Source: an uncultured Gemmatimonadales bacterium (GTDB lineage: Bacteria; Gemmatimonadota; Gemmatimonadetes; Longimicrobiales; RSA9). From it: DNA of 64,000 nucleotides. The position numbers and the translations under genes were made by a program. The stretch lies in contig CAVUKA010000005.1 of the NCBI GenBank assembly GCA_963741945.1, forward strand, positions 416,001-480,000. Reading direction: 5' to 3'. Shown piece by piece: positions 28,572-37,571 of the stretch. The first letter of the stretch is position 1. Each line of letters opens with the position of its first letter. The notes under the pieces were generated by a model. It had not been told where the DNA came from. It did no database searches and saw nothing but the letters and a program-made list of their open reading frames with translations.

Positions 28572-29063
28572 TCAGGACTCGGCCTCCCGGTTCACCCGGC
28601 TCTCCGCGATCCGCGACAGCTTGTGGTCCGTCTCCCCTTCCTCGTTCAACGTCTGCTGCAGCAGCTCCGCCGCACGGCTGTTCCCGAGCCGGCGCGCAAA
28701 CGTCCGGGCACTCCCGTACGCCGCCATCTCGTAGTGCTCCACCCGCTGCGCCGCCGCGATCATCGCCGCATCACGGACTTCGCCCTCGTCCGCTTCCTTC
28801 ATCCCCTCCTCCCCTTCCTCGATGATCCCGCGGATCCCCCTGCACTTCACGCCGCCCGGCTTCTCGCCGATGTCGTCGAAGATCTCCTCCAGACGCCTCA
28901 CGTGCCCCTCCGTCTGGCGACGATGCTCCTCGAACGCGCTCCGCAACTCTTCGTGCTGCGACTTCTCCGCCATCTTCGGCAGCGCCTTCAGGATCTGCCT
29001 CTCCGCATCGTGCAGGTCCTTCAGCTCGTGCACGAACAGCTCCTCGAGATTCTTGACGCCCAT
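28572..29063 (-). CDS. Ferritin-like DUF892 (YciF-like) stress protein
   Basis: LFVHELKDLHDAERQ, AAQRVEHYEMAAYG, TLNEEGETDHKL. Confidence 0.92.
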   Translation of the reverse strand: MGVKNLEELFVHELKDLHDAERQILKALPKMAEKSQHEELRSAFEEHRRQTEGHVRRLEEIFDDIGEKPGGVKCRGIRGIIEEGEEGMKEADEGEVRDAAMIAAAQRVEHYEMAAYGSARTFARRLGNSRAAELLQQTLNEEGETDHKLSRIAESRVNREAES

Positions 29064-29163
29064 CGCTCTTCCCCCTTGGCCAAATGTGTGTCCCAGAATG
29101 CGAAACCGCCGCGAGATCCCGCCCCGCGACGGCACTCCCCACCGTCGCAATCGCCATACCGGT

Positions 29164-29247
29164 CACACCCTTCCGCACACCCCTCCGCACACCCCTCCGC
29201 ACACCCCTCCGCACACCCCTCCGCACACCCCTCCCAGCCCCCTTCCG
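29164..29247. repeat. 12-bp tandem repeat (CACACCCCTCCG) x6 plus one degenerate copy
   Basis: Read directly at 29164-29235 with a degenerate copy to 29247; intergenic, between divergent genes. Confidence 0.95.
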
Positions 29248-29280
29248 GGCACTTCCAATGGCCGCGCCCCAGCCGTGCTT

Positions 29281-29327
29281 CTTTGTGAGACAAAGTACTT
29301 GACGTATACCGCCGCCATCGCCATCCT
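29281..29327 (+). promoter_or_regulatory. Operator palindrome plus sigma70-type promoter (probably leaderless)
   Basis: CTTTGT-N3-ACAAAG (29281-29295) lies 3 nt before TTGACG (29299), then N17, then CATCCT (29322-29327). ATG 29334 follows after 6 nt with no SD. Confidence 0.7.
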
Positions 29328-29333
29328 CTGCGC

Positions 29334-29930
29334 ATGGGAACACCTGAGCGGGCGCACCCGATTGCGCTGCACGAGCGCGCGGCGGACAACCTCCGTTTCA
29401 TCCGCGAGACCATGGAGCGCGCCACTGCGTTCACGGCTCTGTCGGGGTCGGGGTTCGTGCTGGTTGGGCTGACGGCGGTGCTGGCGTCGGGAGCGGCGGC
29501 GATCCAGCCCACGCCGGGTCGCTGGCTGGGGGTATGGGTGGGGGAGCTGGTGCTGGCGGGGATGATTTCCGTTGGCACGACGGCGCGGAAGGCGCGGGCG
29601 CAGGGCGTCGCCCTGCGTTCGCACACTGCGCGCAAGCTGCTGCTGGCGTTCGCGCCGCCGATGGTGGCCGGGGCGCTCCTGACGGCCGCGGCGTTCCGGG
29701 GCGGGAACATGTGGTTGCTGCCGGGATTGTGGCTGGTGCTGTATGGCGCGGGCGTGATGACGGGGGGCGCGTACAGCGTCCGCGTGGTGCCGCTGATGGG
29801 TTCGGTGTTCATCGGGGTGGGGGGGCTGGCGCTTCTGGTTCCCGGGTGGGGAGACGAGCTGCTCGCGCTGGGGCTGGGCGGTCTGCACGTGGTTCTGGGC
29901 GCGTTGATCTGGAGGCGGCACGGTGGCTGA
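29334..29930 (+). CDS. Integral membrane protein
   Basis: HERAADNLRFIRETMERA N-terminus followed by about 6 TMs; overlaps the regulator start. Confidence 0.85.
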   Translation: MGTPERAHPIALHERAADNLRFIRETMERATAFTALSGSGFVLVGLTAVLASGAAAIQPTPGRWLGVWVGELVLAGMISVGTTARKARAQGVALRSHTARKLLLAFAPPMVAGALLTAAAFRGGNMWLLPGLWLVLYGAGVMTGGAYSVRVVPLMGSVFIGVGGLALLVPGWGDELLALGLGGLHVVLGALIWRRHGG

Positions 29931-30294
29931 GGCGCGGGCGTCGCGAGGTGCCGCGGTGGCGAGGTCCGGATCGGGCGGTAAGGCCGGGGGCCTGGTGGCG
30001 CCGGCGCCGGATCTCAACCGGCTGATCCACGAGCGCGTGCGGCTCGGGATCGTGAGCGCGTTGGCGGTGAACCAGACGCTGGCGTTCAACGACCTGAAGG
30101 AGCTGCTGGGATTGACGGATGGCAATCTGAGCGCCCATGCCCGCAAGCTGGAGGACGCGGGCTACATCCGGTGCATCAAGGATTACGATGGGCGGGTGCC
30201 GCGAACGCGGTATCGCCTGACGGCCGAGGGTCGATTGGCCCTGGAAGGTTATTTGGAGCACATGGAAGCCCTGATCCGGGCTGTCCGGGACTGA
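29923..30294 (+). CDS. Winged-helix transcriptional regulator (HTH_34/ArsR-MarR-like)
   Basis: [45 protein letters not shown]. Confidence 0.9.
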   Translation: MAEARASRGAAVARSGSGGKAGGLVAPAPDLNRLIHERVRLGIVSALAVNQTLAFNDLKELLGLTDGNLSAHARKLEDAGYIRCIKDYDGRVPRTRYRLTAEGRLALEGYLEHMEALIRAVRD

Positions 30295-30311
30295 TTGGAT
30301 ACGCCTCGGCA

Positions 30312-31076
30312 ATGACAGAACGCAGAGATTTCGCGCGGAAATTCGGGCAGCACGCCGCACCCGACGGCGAGCGACTGCACGTGGCGATCATCATGGACGG
30401 CAACGGCCGGTGGGCCACGCGCCGGCGGCGGCCGCGCTCGCGGGGCCACCGTCGCGGCTCGGGCGTCGTGCGCCCCATCGTGGAGGCGGCGGCGCAGCCC
30501 GAGCTCGGCATCGGCATCCTGACGCTGTACGCGTTCTCATCGGACAACTGGGCGCGGCCGCCGCAGGAGGTCGCCGCGCTCATGACGCTCCTCGAGGAGT
30601 ACCTGGCGAGGGAGACTCCGCATTGCGTGGAGAACGGGATCCGCCTGCAGGTGATCGGGCGTCGGGATCGGATCCCCGCAGCGCTGGTGGAAGCCATCGA
30701 GGCCGCGGAGGCGGCCACGGCGGAGGGCCGGGCGCTCACGCTGCGCCTTGCCATCGACTACTCCGGTCGCGACGCCATTCTGCGCGCTGCGGCGCGGGCA
30801 CTGTCCGCGGACGCGTGTGGCAGCCGGGAGGCGTTCTCGGCGGTGCTCGGCCAGGTGGAGGGCTGTTCGGGTGGCGCACCGGATGTCGACCTGCTGATCC
30901 GGACCGGCGGAGAGCAGCGTCTGAGCGATTTCCTGCTGTGGGAGTGCGCCTATGCCGAGCTCTACTTCACGCCCACGCTCTGGCCCGACTTCACCGACCG
31001 TGACCTGAGGGAGGCGGTTGTGGAGTTCCGTCGCCGGGATCGCCGCTTCGGCCGGGTCCTGGATCCCGCCGTTTGA
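30312..31076 (+). CDS. uppS: cis-polyprenyl diphosphate synthase (undecaprenyl-PP synthase family)
   Basis: [43 protein letters not shown]. Confidence 0.93.
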   Translation: MTERRDFARKFGQHAAPDGERLHVAIIMDGNGRWATRRRRPRSRGHRRGSGVVRPIVEAAAQPELGIGILTLYAFSSDNWARPPQEVAALMTLLEEYLARETPHCVENGIRLQVIGRRDRIPAALVEAIEAAEAATAEGRALTLRLAIDYSGRDAILRAAARALSADACGSREAFSAVLGQVEGCSGGAPDVDLLIRTGGEQRLSDFLLWECAYAELYFTPTLWPDFTDRDLREAVVEFRRRDRRFGRVLDPAV

Positions 31077-31142
31077 GGCGACTGCGCCGCGCCGGACCGC
31101 GGATCTCATTGCGCACCGGCAATGGATCGGTACCTTGCCGAC

Positions 31143-31880
31143 ATGATCCGCTACGGCACTGTCATCTTCGACTGTGATTCCACGCTTTCGGCTCTCGAAG
31201 GAGTGGAGGCTCTGGCGGTCGGGAACCGCCGCGAAGTGGAGACGCTCACCGACTCGGCCATGCGCGGCGAGCTCCCCCTCGACGCGGTTTACGGTCGGCG
31301 CCTGGAGCTGATCCGCCCGAGCCGGGCGGCCGTGGAAGCGCTGGTCGACCGCTACATCGAGGAGCTGGTGGACGACGCCGCCGCGACGGTGGCCACATTG
31401 ACCGCGGCCGGCGTGGATGTTCGCGTGATTTCAGGTGGCCTGCGCCCGGCGGTGCTCGGCCTGACCCGGCACCTCGGACTCTCCGATGACGCCATCACCG
31501 CGGTGCCGGTCTACTTCGACGCCGCGGGCGAGTACGCCGGCTTCGATGAGCGCGCGCCCACGGCCCGTGCCGGCGGCAAGGCCGAGGTGATCCGCGCCCT
31601 GAGAGCCGCCCCGACCCCGCTCCCCGCCCGTGTCATGTTCGTGGGTGACGGCGCGACGGACCTGGAAGCCCGGGACGAGGTGGATCTGTTCGTCGCCTAT
31701 GCCGGCGTGATCGAGCGCCCCGAGGTGGTGGCCGCCGCCCCCGTCGTCCTCCGCGCCGCGTCCCTCGCCCCGATCCTGCCGCTTGCGCTCGGTGACACTC
31801 CCCCCGACGATGAGGCCGGGCGCCGCCTCTACGACCGGGGCAAGGCGCTCGTGGATCGGGGGCTCGTGGAATGGAAGTAG
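31143..31880 (+). CDS. serB: HAD-IB phosphatase, probable phosphoserine phosphatase
   Basis: FDCDST, AMRG, ISGG, GGK, VGDGATD; clustered with serA. TACCTT 6 nt before ATG 31143. Confidence 0.85.
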   Translation: MIRYGTVIFDCDSTLSALEGVEALAVGNRREVETLTDSAMRGELPLDAVYGRRLELIRPSRAAVEALVDRYIEELVDDAAATVATLTAAGVDVRVISGGLRPAVLGLTRHLGLSDDAITAVPVYFDAAGEYAGFDERAPTARAGGKAEVIRALRAAPTPLPARVMFVGDGATDLEARDEVDLFVAYAGVIERPEVVAAAPVVLRAASLAPILPLALGDTPPDDEAGRRLYDRGKALVDRGLVEWK

Positions 31881-31927
31881 GATCCGGAGCCCCGGAAACG
31901 CCGACATCATCAGCGCGCAGGTCCCCC

Positions 31928-33043
31928 ATGGTCTCGAAGACAACCGAGTTCGGACGCTTCTTCCTCCCTGGACCCACGGAGGTGCGGCGCGAAGTCCTGG
32001 AAGCCATGCTCGGCCCCATGATGGGCCACCGCACGCCGGAGATGGAAGCGCTCATGGAGCGTGTCCAGCCGGGGCTCAGGGACGTTTTCCGCACCGGGCG
32101 CCCCGTCTACGTCGCGCCCTCTTCCGGCACCGGCATGATGGAGATGGCGGTGCGCAACACCGCCCAGCGCCGCGTGCTCAGTCTGGTGAATGGTGCGTTC
32201 AGTGCCCGCTTCGCGAAGATCGCCGAGCAGTCCGGCTTCGAGACCACTCGCCTCGAGGTGGAGTTCGGCCGCAATCACACGCCCGAGATGCTGGACGACG
32301 CCCTGTCGGGCGACGACTTCGACACGGTCACCATCTGCCACTCCGAGACCTCGACGGGCGTGCTGAACCCCGTCCGCGAGCTCACGGAGACCGCCCATGC
32401 GCACGGCGCCATGGTCTGTGTCGACACCGTGAGCTCCATGGCCGGCGCGCCGGTGGAGACCGATGCGTGGGGCATCGATTTCGTGGTCACCGGCTCGCAG
32501 AAGGCCTTCGCCCTTCCCCCGGGCCTGGCGTTCGGAGTCGCGCAGCCGGCGGTCCTCGAGCGCGCGGAGTCCAGTCGCACGCGTGGCCTCTATTTCGACA
32601 TCCTCGAGTTCGAGCGGAACCTCGAGAAGAGCCAGACCCCCAACACGCCGGCCGTTTCGCTGATGTACGCGGCGGCCGTGCAGGTCGAAGCCATCCGCCA
32701 GGAGGGGATCGAGAACCGGTGGGCCCGCCATCGGTCCATGGCCGAGCGAACGTACGCCTGGGTGGCGGAAGCGAAGGGGCGCGGCCTCGAGCTGGACATC
32801 CTTGCTCCCGAAGGGTACCGCTCGCCCACGGTCACGTGCGTCACGATGCCCCCGGGCGTCAGAGCGCCGGACATCTGCTCGGCCATGCGGGCGCGGGGGT
32901 ACGTCATTGCCACCGGATACGGCCCGGCGAAAGACGACATGGTGCGGATCGGCCACATGGGCGACCACACGTTGAGCGAGCTGGACGCGCTCCTGGACGT
33001 GCTCACGGAAGTGTTCGCGGACGCGCTCGCCACCCATGGCTGA
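31928..33043 (+). CDS. Class V PLP aminotransferase (alanine-glyoxylate/serine-pyruvate family), probable SerC substitute
   Basis: PGPT, HSETSTG, VDTVSS, TGSQKA (PLP Lys), RIGHMG; lies between serB and serA. Confidence 0.9.
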   Translation: MVSKTTEFGRFFLPGPTEVRREVLEAMLGPMMGHRTPEMEALMERVQPGLRDVFRTGRPVYVAPSSGTGMMEMAVRNTAQRRVLSLVNGAFSARFAKIAEQSGFETTRLEVEFGRNHTPEMLDDALSGDDFDTVTICHSETSTGVLNPVRELTETAHAHGAMVCVDTVSSMAGAPVETDAWGIDFVVTGSQKAFALPPGLAFGVAQPAVLERAESSRTRGLYFDILEFERNLEKSQTPNTPAVSLMYAAAVQVEAIRQEGIENRWARHRSMAERTYAWVAEAKGRGLELDILAPEGYRSPTVTCVTMPPGVRAPDICSAMRARGYVIATGYGPAKDDMVRIGHMGDHTLSELDALLDVLTEVFADALATHG

Positions 33044-34628
33044 GCGCCTCCGCATCCTTCTCGCGGACCGCATACCCGAGAGCGGTCTGGCGCCCCTCCA
33101 CGATGACCATTTCCAGCTCATTCCCCGCTTTGGCCTGAGCGGCAATGAGCTCCGCGCCGAGCTGGATGATGCCGACGCCGTGATCGTTCGCTCCTCCACC
33201 ACGATCACGCGGGAGAGCCTCGCCACCACTTCCCGGCTGCGGGTCATCGGGCGCGCCGGCGTGGGCGTCGACAACATCGATCTGCCGGCGGCCACGGAGA
33301 AGGGCATCGCCGTGTTCAATGCCCCCTCCGGCAACACGATCTCGGCCGCCGAGCTCACTCTCGCCCTCATGCTGGCCGTGGTGCGGAAGGTGCCCGCCGC
33401 CGATCGCTCCATCCGGGCGGGCGAGTGGGATCGGAAACGCTTCCGCGGCTCCGAGCTGCATGGGAAGACCCTCGTCCTCATCGGAGCCGGTCGTATCGGC
33501 ACGGAAGTGGCCCGGCGAGCCCGGGCCTTCGGCATGAGGGTCGTGGCCAGTGATCCGTTCCTGCAGGAGGAGCGGGCCCGGCAGCTCGGGATCGAGATGG
33601 AGTCGCTCGACGCCGCCCTCGCGCACGCCGATATCCTCTCGCTCCACGTCCCGCTGACGGATGCGACGCTCGGCCTCATCGATGCCCGACGCCTCGACCT
33701 GCTCCGGCCATCGGCCATCCTGATCAACGCCGCACGCGGTGGCCTCGTCGACGAGGACGCGGTCGTCGACCGCCTCCGGGATGGGCGGCTCGCCGGCGCC
33801 GCGTTCGACGTCTATCGCGATGAGCCGCTCCCTGCCGGGCACGCGCTGCTCGAGCTCGACAACGTCGTCCTGACACCGCACATCGGAGCGGCCACGGACG
33901 AGGCGCAGCACAATGTGGCCGTGGAGGTGGCCGCGGCGGTGCGCGACGCTCTTCTCGAAGAGGATTACTCCGGGGCGATCAACGCCCCCGCGGTCGGTGG
34001 CGAGCTCATGCGCCGCATCGCCCCGCTCCTGGACCTCGCCACGCGTCTCGGACGACTCGCCCGCGCCCTCGGCGGGGGTGGCGAGTCCCTGGAAGTGCGC
34101 TATGCCGGCCAGAACGCCGAGGACGTGCTGCGACCCGTCACCGCCGCCGCCATGGTGGGCGTCCTGACCGGGATCGTGGGTCGCGGCGCGGTCAACCTCG
34201 TCAACGCCCTCCTGCTCGCGGAAGCTCGCGGGGTCCGGATCAGCCGCGTGTACCTGGAAGCGATCGCCGAATTCCCCGAGCACCTCGAGCTTCGCGTGGC
34301 CGGTGGAGGGCTGGAAACGCGGGTGGCCGGGTGCCTCCGGGGCAACACCCCCCGCATCATCCGTATCGACGCCTTCCCGGTCGATGTTCGCCCGCGTGGC
34401 GTGCTCGTCATCCTGCGAAACCGCGACGTGCCGGGCGTGATCGGGCGCGTGGGCAGCGTTCTGGGCGATGCCGGCGTGAACATCGCCGAATACCACCAGA
34501 GTCGTCTCGAGGCTGGCGGCGAGGCGCTGGCCGCCGTGGCGGTGGACGAGAAGCTCGCCCCCGATGTCCTGGGCGCCCTCCGTCGCCTCCCCGATGTGCT
34601 CGCCGTCCGGCAGGCCGAGCTCGACTGA
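33036..34628 (+). CDS. serA: D-3-phosphoglycerate dehydrogenase (long form with ASB and ACT domains)
   Basis: GRAGVGVDNID, GAGRIG, INAARGG, TPHIGA, NRDVPGVIG..NIA. Confidence 0.96.
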   Translation: MAERLRILLADRIPESGLAPLHDDHFQLIPRFGLSGNELRAELDDADAVIVRSSTTITRESLATTSRLRVIGRAGVGVDNIDLPAATEKGIAVFNAPSGNTISAAELTLALMLAVVRKVPAADRSIRAGEWDRKRFRGSELHGKTLVLIGAGRIGTEVARRARAFGMRVVASDPFLQEERARQLGIEMESLDAALAHADILSLHVPLTDATLGLIDARRLDLLRPSAILINAARGGLVDEDAVVDRLRDGRLAGAAFDVYRDEPLPAGHALLELDNVVLTPHIGAATDEAQHNVAVEVAAAVRDALLEEDYSGAINAPAVGGELMRRIAPLLDLATRLGRLARALGGGGESLEVRYAGQNAEDVLRPVTAAAMVGVLTGIVGRGAVNLVNALLLAEARGVRISRVYLEAIAEFPEHLELRVAGGGLETRVAGCLRGNTPRIIRIDAFPVDVRPRGVLVILRNRDVPGVIGRVGSVLGDAGVNIAEYHQSRLEAGGEALAAVAVDEKLAPDVLGALRRLPDVLAVRQAELD

Positions 34629-34693
34629 GACGCGCTCGTCCCCACGCGTTCCCCCGAGCCTGACACGGCCGCGCCCACGCGGCGATCGCCCCC

Positions 34694-34722
34694 TTGACCT
34701 GCCGGAACACCCGTCTTACTTC
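34694..34722 (+). promoter_or_regulatory. Putative sigma70 promoter of nadC-nadA
   Basis: TTGACC-N17-TACTTC. Confidence 0.45.
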
Positions 34723-34780
34723 CGGGTTTCATTTCGCCGCGGTACAGGGGTGGGCCGAGCGAAGCCGAGGACCGGAAGAA

Positions 34781-35650
34781 ATGGCAGCAAGAGGACAGCC
34801 GGTACCGCCGGAGCCGCTGCTGCGGCGGTATGCCGAAGAGGCGCTGGAGGAGGATCTGGGCTCCGGGGACGTGACCACGGAGCTCCTGGTTCCCAGGGCC
34901 GCCCGCGCGCGTGCCCGCCTCATCGCCCGGCAGGAGGGCGTGGCCTGCGGGCTGCCCCTCGCGCGCCACGTCTTCCACGTCCTGGATGGCAGCCTCGACG
35001 TGCGCGCGCTGGTGGACGACGGCGATGCCGTGGCCGCGGGGGCCACGCTCCTGAGCGTCGAAGGGGCGGCGCGCCCGATCCTCTCCGCCGAGCGTGTGGC
35101 GCTGAACTTCGTCGGCCGGCTCAGCGGGATCGCGTCGCTTACTCGCCGGTACGTGGAAGCCGTCCAGGGCACGGACGCCCGGATCCTGGATACGCGCAAG
35201 ACCACGCCCGGGCTCCGGCTGCTGGAGAAGTACGCGGTCCGCTGCGGCGGCGGGCGGAATCATCGCTTCGGCCTCTCGGACGGCTTCATGCTCAAGGACA
35301 ATCACCGCGCCGCGCTCGCCACCGCGGGAAGAGGCGTGCCGGAGGCGGTGCGCGAGGCCAGGGACCGGCTGGGTCACGGCGTCGCCCTGACGATCGAAGT
35401 GGACACGGTGGACCAGGTGGCGGAGGCCATCGATGCCGGCGCCGACGCCATCCTCCTGGACAACATGACACCGGAGCAGCTTGCGCTCGCGGTGACTCAG
35501 GTGGACGGTCGCGCTTTCACCGAGGCTTCCGGCGGCGTCACCCTGGCGTCCGTGCGCGCTGCCGCCGAGAGCGGTGTGGACTTCATTTCCGTGGGCGCGC
35601 TGACGCACTCGGCGCCCGCCCTCGATGTGACGCTCGAATTCGAGTGGTAG
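34781..35650 (+). CDS. nadC: Nicotinate-nucleotide diphosphorylase (quinolinate phosphoribosyltransferase)
   Basis: EDLGSGDVTT, DTRKTTPG, NHRFGL, KDNH, LLDN, EASGG, SVGALTHS. Confidence 0.97.
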   Translation: MAARGQPVPPEPLLRRYAEEALEEDLGSGDVTTELLVPRAARARARLIARQEGVACGLPLARHVFHVLDGSLDVRALVDDGDAVAAGATLLSVEGAARPILSAERVALNFVGRLSGIASLTRRYVEAVQGTDARILDTRKTTPGLRLLEKYAVRCGGGRNHRFGLSDGFMLKDNHRAALATAGRGVPEAVREARDRLGHGVALTIEVDTVDQVAEAIDAGADAILLDNMTPEQLALAVTQVDGRAFTEASGGVTLASVRAAAESGVDFISVGALTHSAPALDVTLEFEW

Positions 35651-35666
35651 AACGATGGGAGATGGA

Positions 35667-36818
35667 ATGAGCGGGAAGATCGACACGGCACGGACCACGT
35701 CCGCCGACGAGATGTACCGGGCGCTCCATGAGCGGCTCGGCGACGTGCTCCCCGATTTCGAGCTGCGCCACAAGGCCGAGCTGGCCGCCGAGATCAACCG
35801 GCTCAAGGCGGAGCGCGGAGCCGTCATCCTCGGCCACAACTACATGGAACCAGCCCTCTTCCACTCCGTTTGTGATTTCAAGGGCGACTCCCTCGAGCTC
35901 AGCCGCCTCGCCGCCGAGGCACCCGGCGACCCCATCGTCTTCTGCGGCGTCCGCTTCATGGCGGAGACCGCGAAGATCCTGAGCCCGCACAAGAAAGTGC
36001 TGCTCCCCACGGAGAAAGGGGGGTGCTCCCTGGCCGAGTCGATCACGGCCGAGGACGTCCGGCGCCTCAAGAAGAAGTACCCCGGCGTTCCCGTGGTCAC
36101 CTACGTGAACACCTACGCGGACGTCAAGGCGGAGACCGACGTCTGCTGCACGTCCAGCAACGCCGTCAGAATCGTCCAGAGCCTGGACAGCGATCGCGTC
36201 ATCTTCCTGCCGGACGAGTACCTGGCGAAGAACGTGGCCCGCGAGACCGGCAAGACCATCATCTTCCCCCTCGTCAAGGAGATGGGGACGCCGGCGGCCG
36301 CCGCCAACGGCACCCACCCGGCCGGACTTTCCGGGAACGGGAAATCGGCCGCCCATTCCGGTGACCTGGCCTACGACATCATTGGCTGGCGCGGACGCTG
36401 CGAAGTGCACGAACAGTTCAACACTGCCGACATCGCCAATGTCCGGCGCCAGTTCCCCGATGTCATGGTCCTCGCCCACCCGGAGTGCAGCCCGGAGGTA
36501 GTCGAGGCCAGTGATTTCAGTGGCAGCACCAGCGCAATGATCAGGGCCGTGCGCGACTCCGATGCCGACCGCTACCTGCTCCTCACCGAGTGCAGCATGG
36601 CGGACAACATCGTCGCCGAGAACCCCGAGAAGGAAATGGTCCGCCTCTGCTCGGTCCGGTGTCCGCACATGAACGAGATCACCCTCGAGAACGTCCGCGA
36701 CGCCCTCCTCCACGACCGCTACGAGGTGGATGTCCCCGAGCCCGTCCGCAGTCAGGCGCGCCGGTCCATCGAGCGCATGCTCGAGCTCTCCTACGGCACC
36801 GTGGTGGACGGAGACTGA
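35667..36818 (+). CDS. nadA: Quinolinate synthase
   Basis: GHNY, GDSL, FCGVRFMAE, GCSLA, YVNT, CEVH, HPEC, CPHM. Confidence 0.97.
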   Translation: MSGKIDTARTTSADEMYRALHERLGDVLPDFELRHKAELAAEINRLKAERGAVILGHNYMEPALFHSVCDFKGDSLELSRLAAEAPGDPIVFCGVRFMAETAKILSPHKKVLLPTEKGGCSLAESITAEDVRRLKKKYPGVPVVTYVNTYADVKAETDVCCTSSNAVRIVQSLDSDRVIFLPDEYLAKNVARETGKTIIFPLVKEMGTPAAAANGTHPAGLSGNGKSAAHSGDLAYDIIGWRGRCEVHEQFNTADIANVRRQFPDVMVLAHPECSPEVVEASDFSGSTSAMIRAVRDSDADRYLLLTECSMADNIVAENPEKEMVRLCSVRCPHMNEITLENVRDALLHDRYEVDVPEPVRSQARRSIERMLELSYGTVVDGD

Positions 36819-36873
36819 CCGGCGGCGGCGCTCCGCCGGAGCCTCCCGGCAGGGCCGCGGGCCCGCCTCGCAT

Positions 36874-37410
36874 TCATTTCCTGCGCTTCTGCAGCACCCA
36901 CCCCCGCCGGATGGACCGCGGCTCTTCCACGGTGACGAACGAGTCCGGCGCCCATTCCTCCACCGTGGCCATGATCCGCTTCAGCTGCCCCCTCCGCGCC
37001 ACCGTGTAGACGACCTCGACCGAGCCGCGGCGGCCCTGCCCGGAGAACTCCGTCACGCCGAACCCGAGCTCACGCAGCGCCTCCGCCACTTCCACCCCGC
37101 CGTGCTCGGAGATGATCCGCACCGTGGCCAGCCCCAGCGCCAGCTTCTCCTCCACCCACAGACCGACGGCATTGCCGGCCGCGAAGCCGCCCGCGTACCC
37201 GATCACGTGGAGCGGACTGTTCAGGAACTTGATCGCGTTCCCCGCCGCGAAGAGCCAGATCAGGACCTCGAAGAAAGCGACGAAGGGCACCAGCAGTCGC
37301 TGGCCCCGCACCGACATCAGCATCCGCGTCGTCGCCAGCGAGACATCGAAGATTCGCGCGCAGAAGATGATCAGTGGGCCCCAGGGCCCCGCGAACCACG
37401 CCTCGATCAT
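36874..37410 (-). CDS. DUF5698/DUF2179 membrane protein
   Basis: ARIFDVSLATTR, FFEVLIW, YAGGFAAGN, LRELGFGVT. Confidence 0.85.
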   Translation of the reverse strand: MIEAWFAGPWGPLIIFCARIFDVSLATTRMLMSVRGQRLLVPFVAFFEVLIWLFAAGNAIKFLNSPLHVIGYAGGFAAGNAVGLWVEEKLALGLATVRIISEHGGVEVAEALRELGFGVTEFSGQGRRGSVEVVYTVARRGQLKRIMATVEEWAPDSFVTVEEPRSIRRGWVLQKRRK

Positions 37411-37571
37411 CCGTCCTCCATCCGCCGTGTGAGCACCCGTCCCCCTGTCGCGTCATCAGAGATGCCGCTCCACGGCGCAGCGAGCGAGCGCTCTGCCGCG
37501 GGCCCGCCCGGGTGGACCTCCTCCCGCCGTCCTCCTTGCCACGCGACCCTGCCCCCCCTCTCTTTCCCCTC

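Noticed and set aside
29164-29247. Possible CRISPR array
   Set aside because: The 12-bp units are contiguous with no spacers, and there are no cas genes.
34723-34780. Possible NAD+-I (nadA motif) riboswitch in the nadC leader (GTGGGCCG...AGCGAA)
   Set aside because: Only a short resemblance. The predicted leader is about 50 nt and lacks the A/C-rich bulge and inner hairpin I recall for that aptamer. An Rfam scan would settle it.
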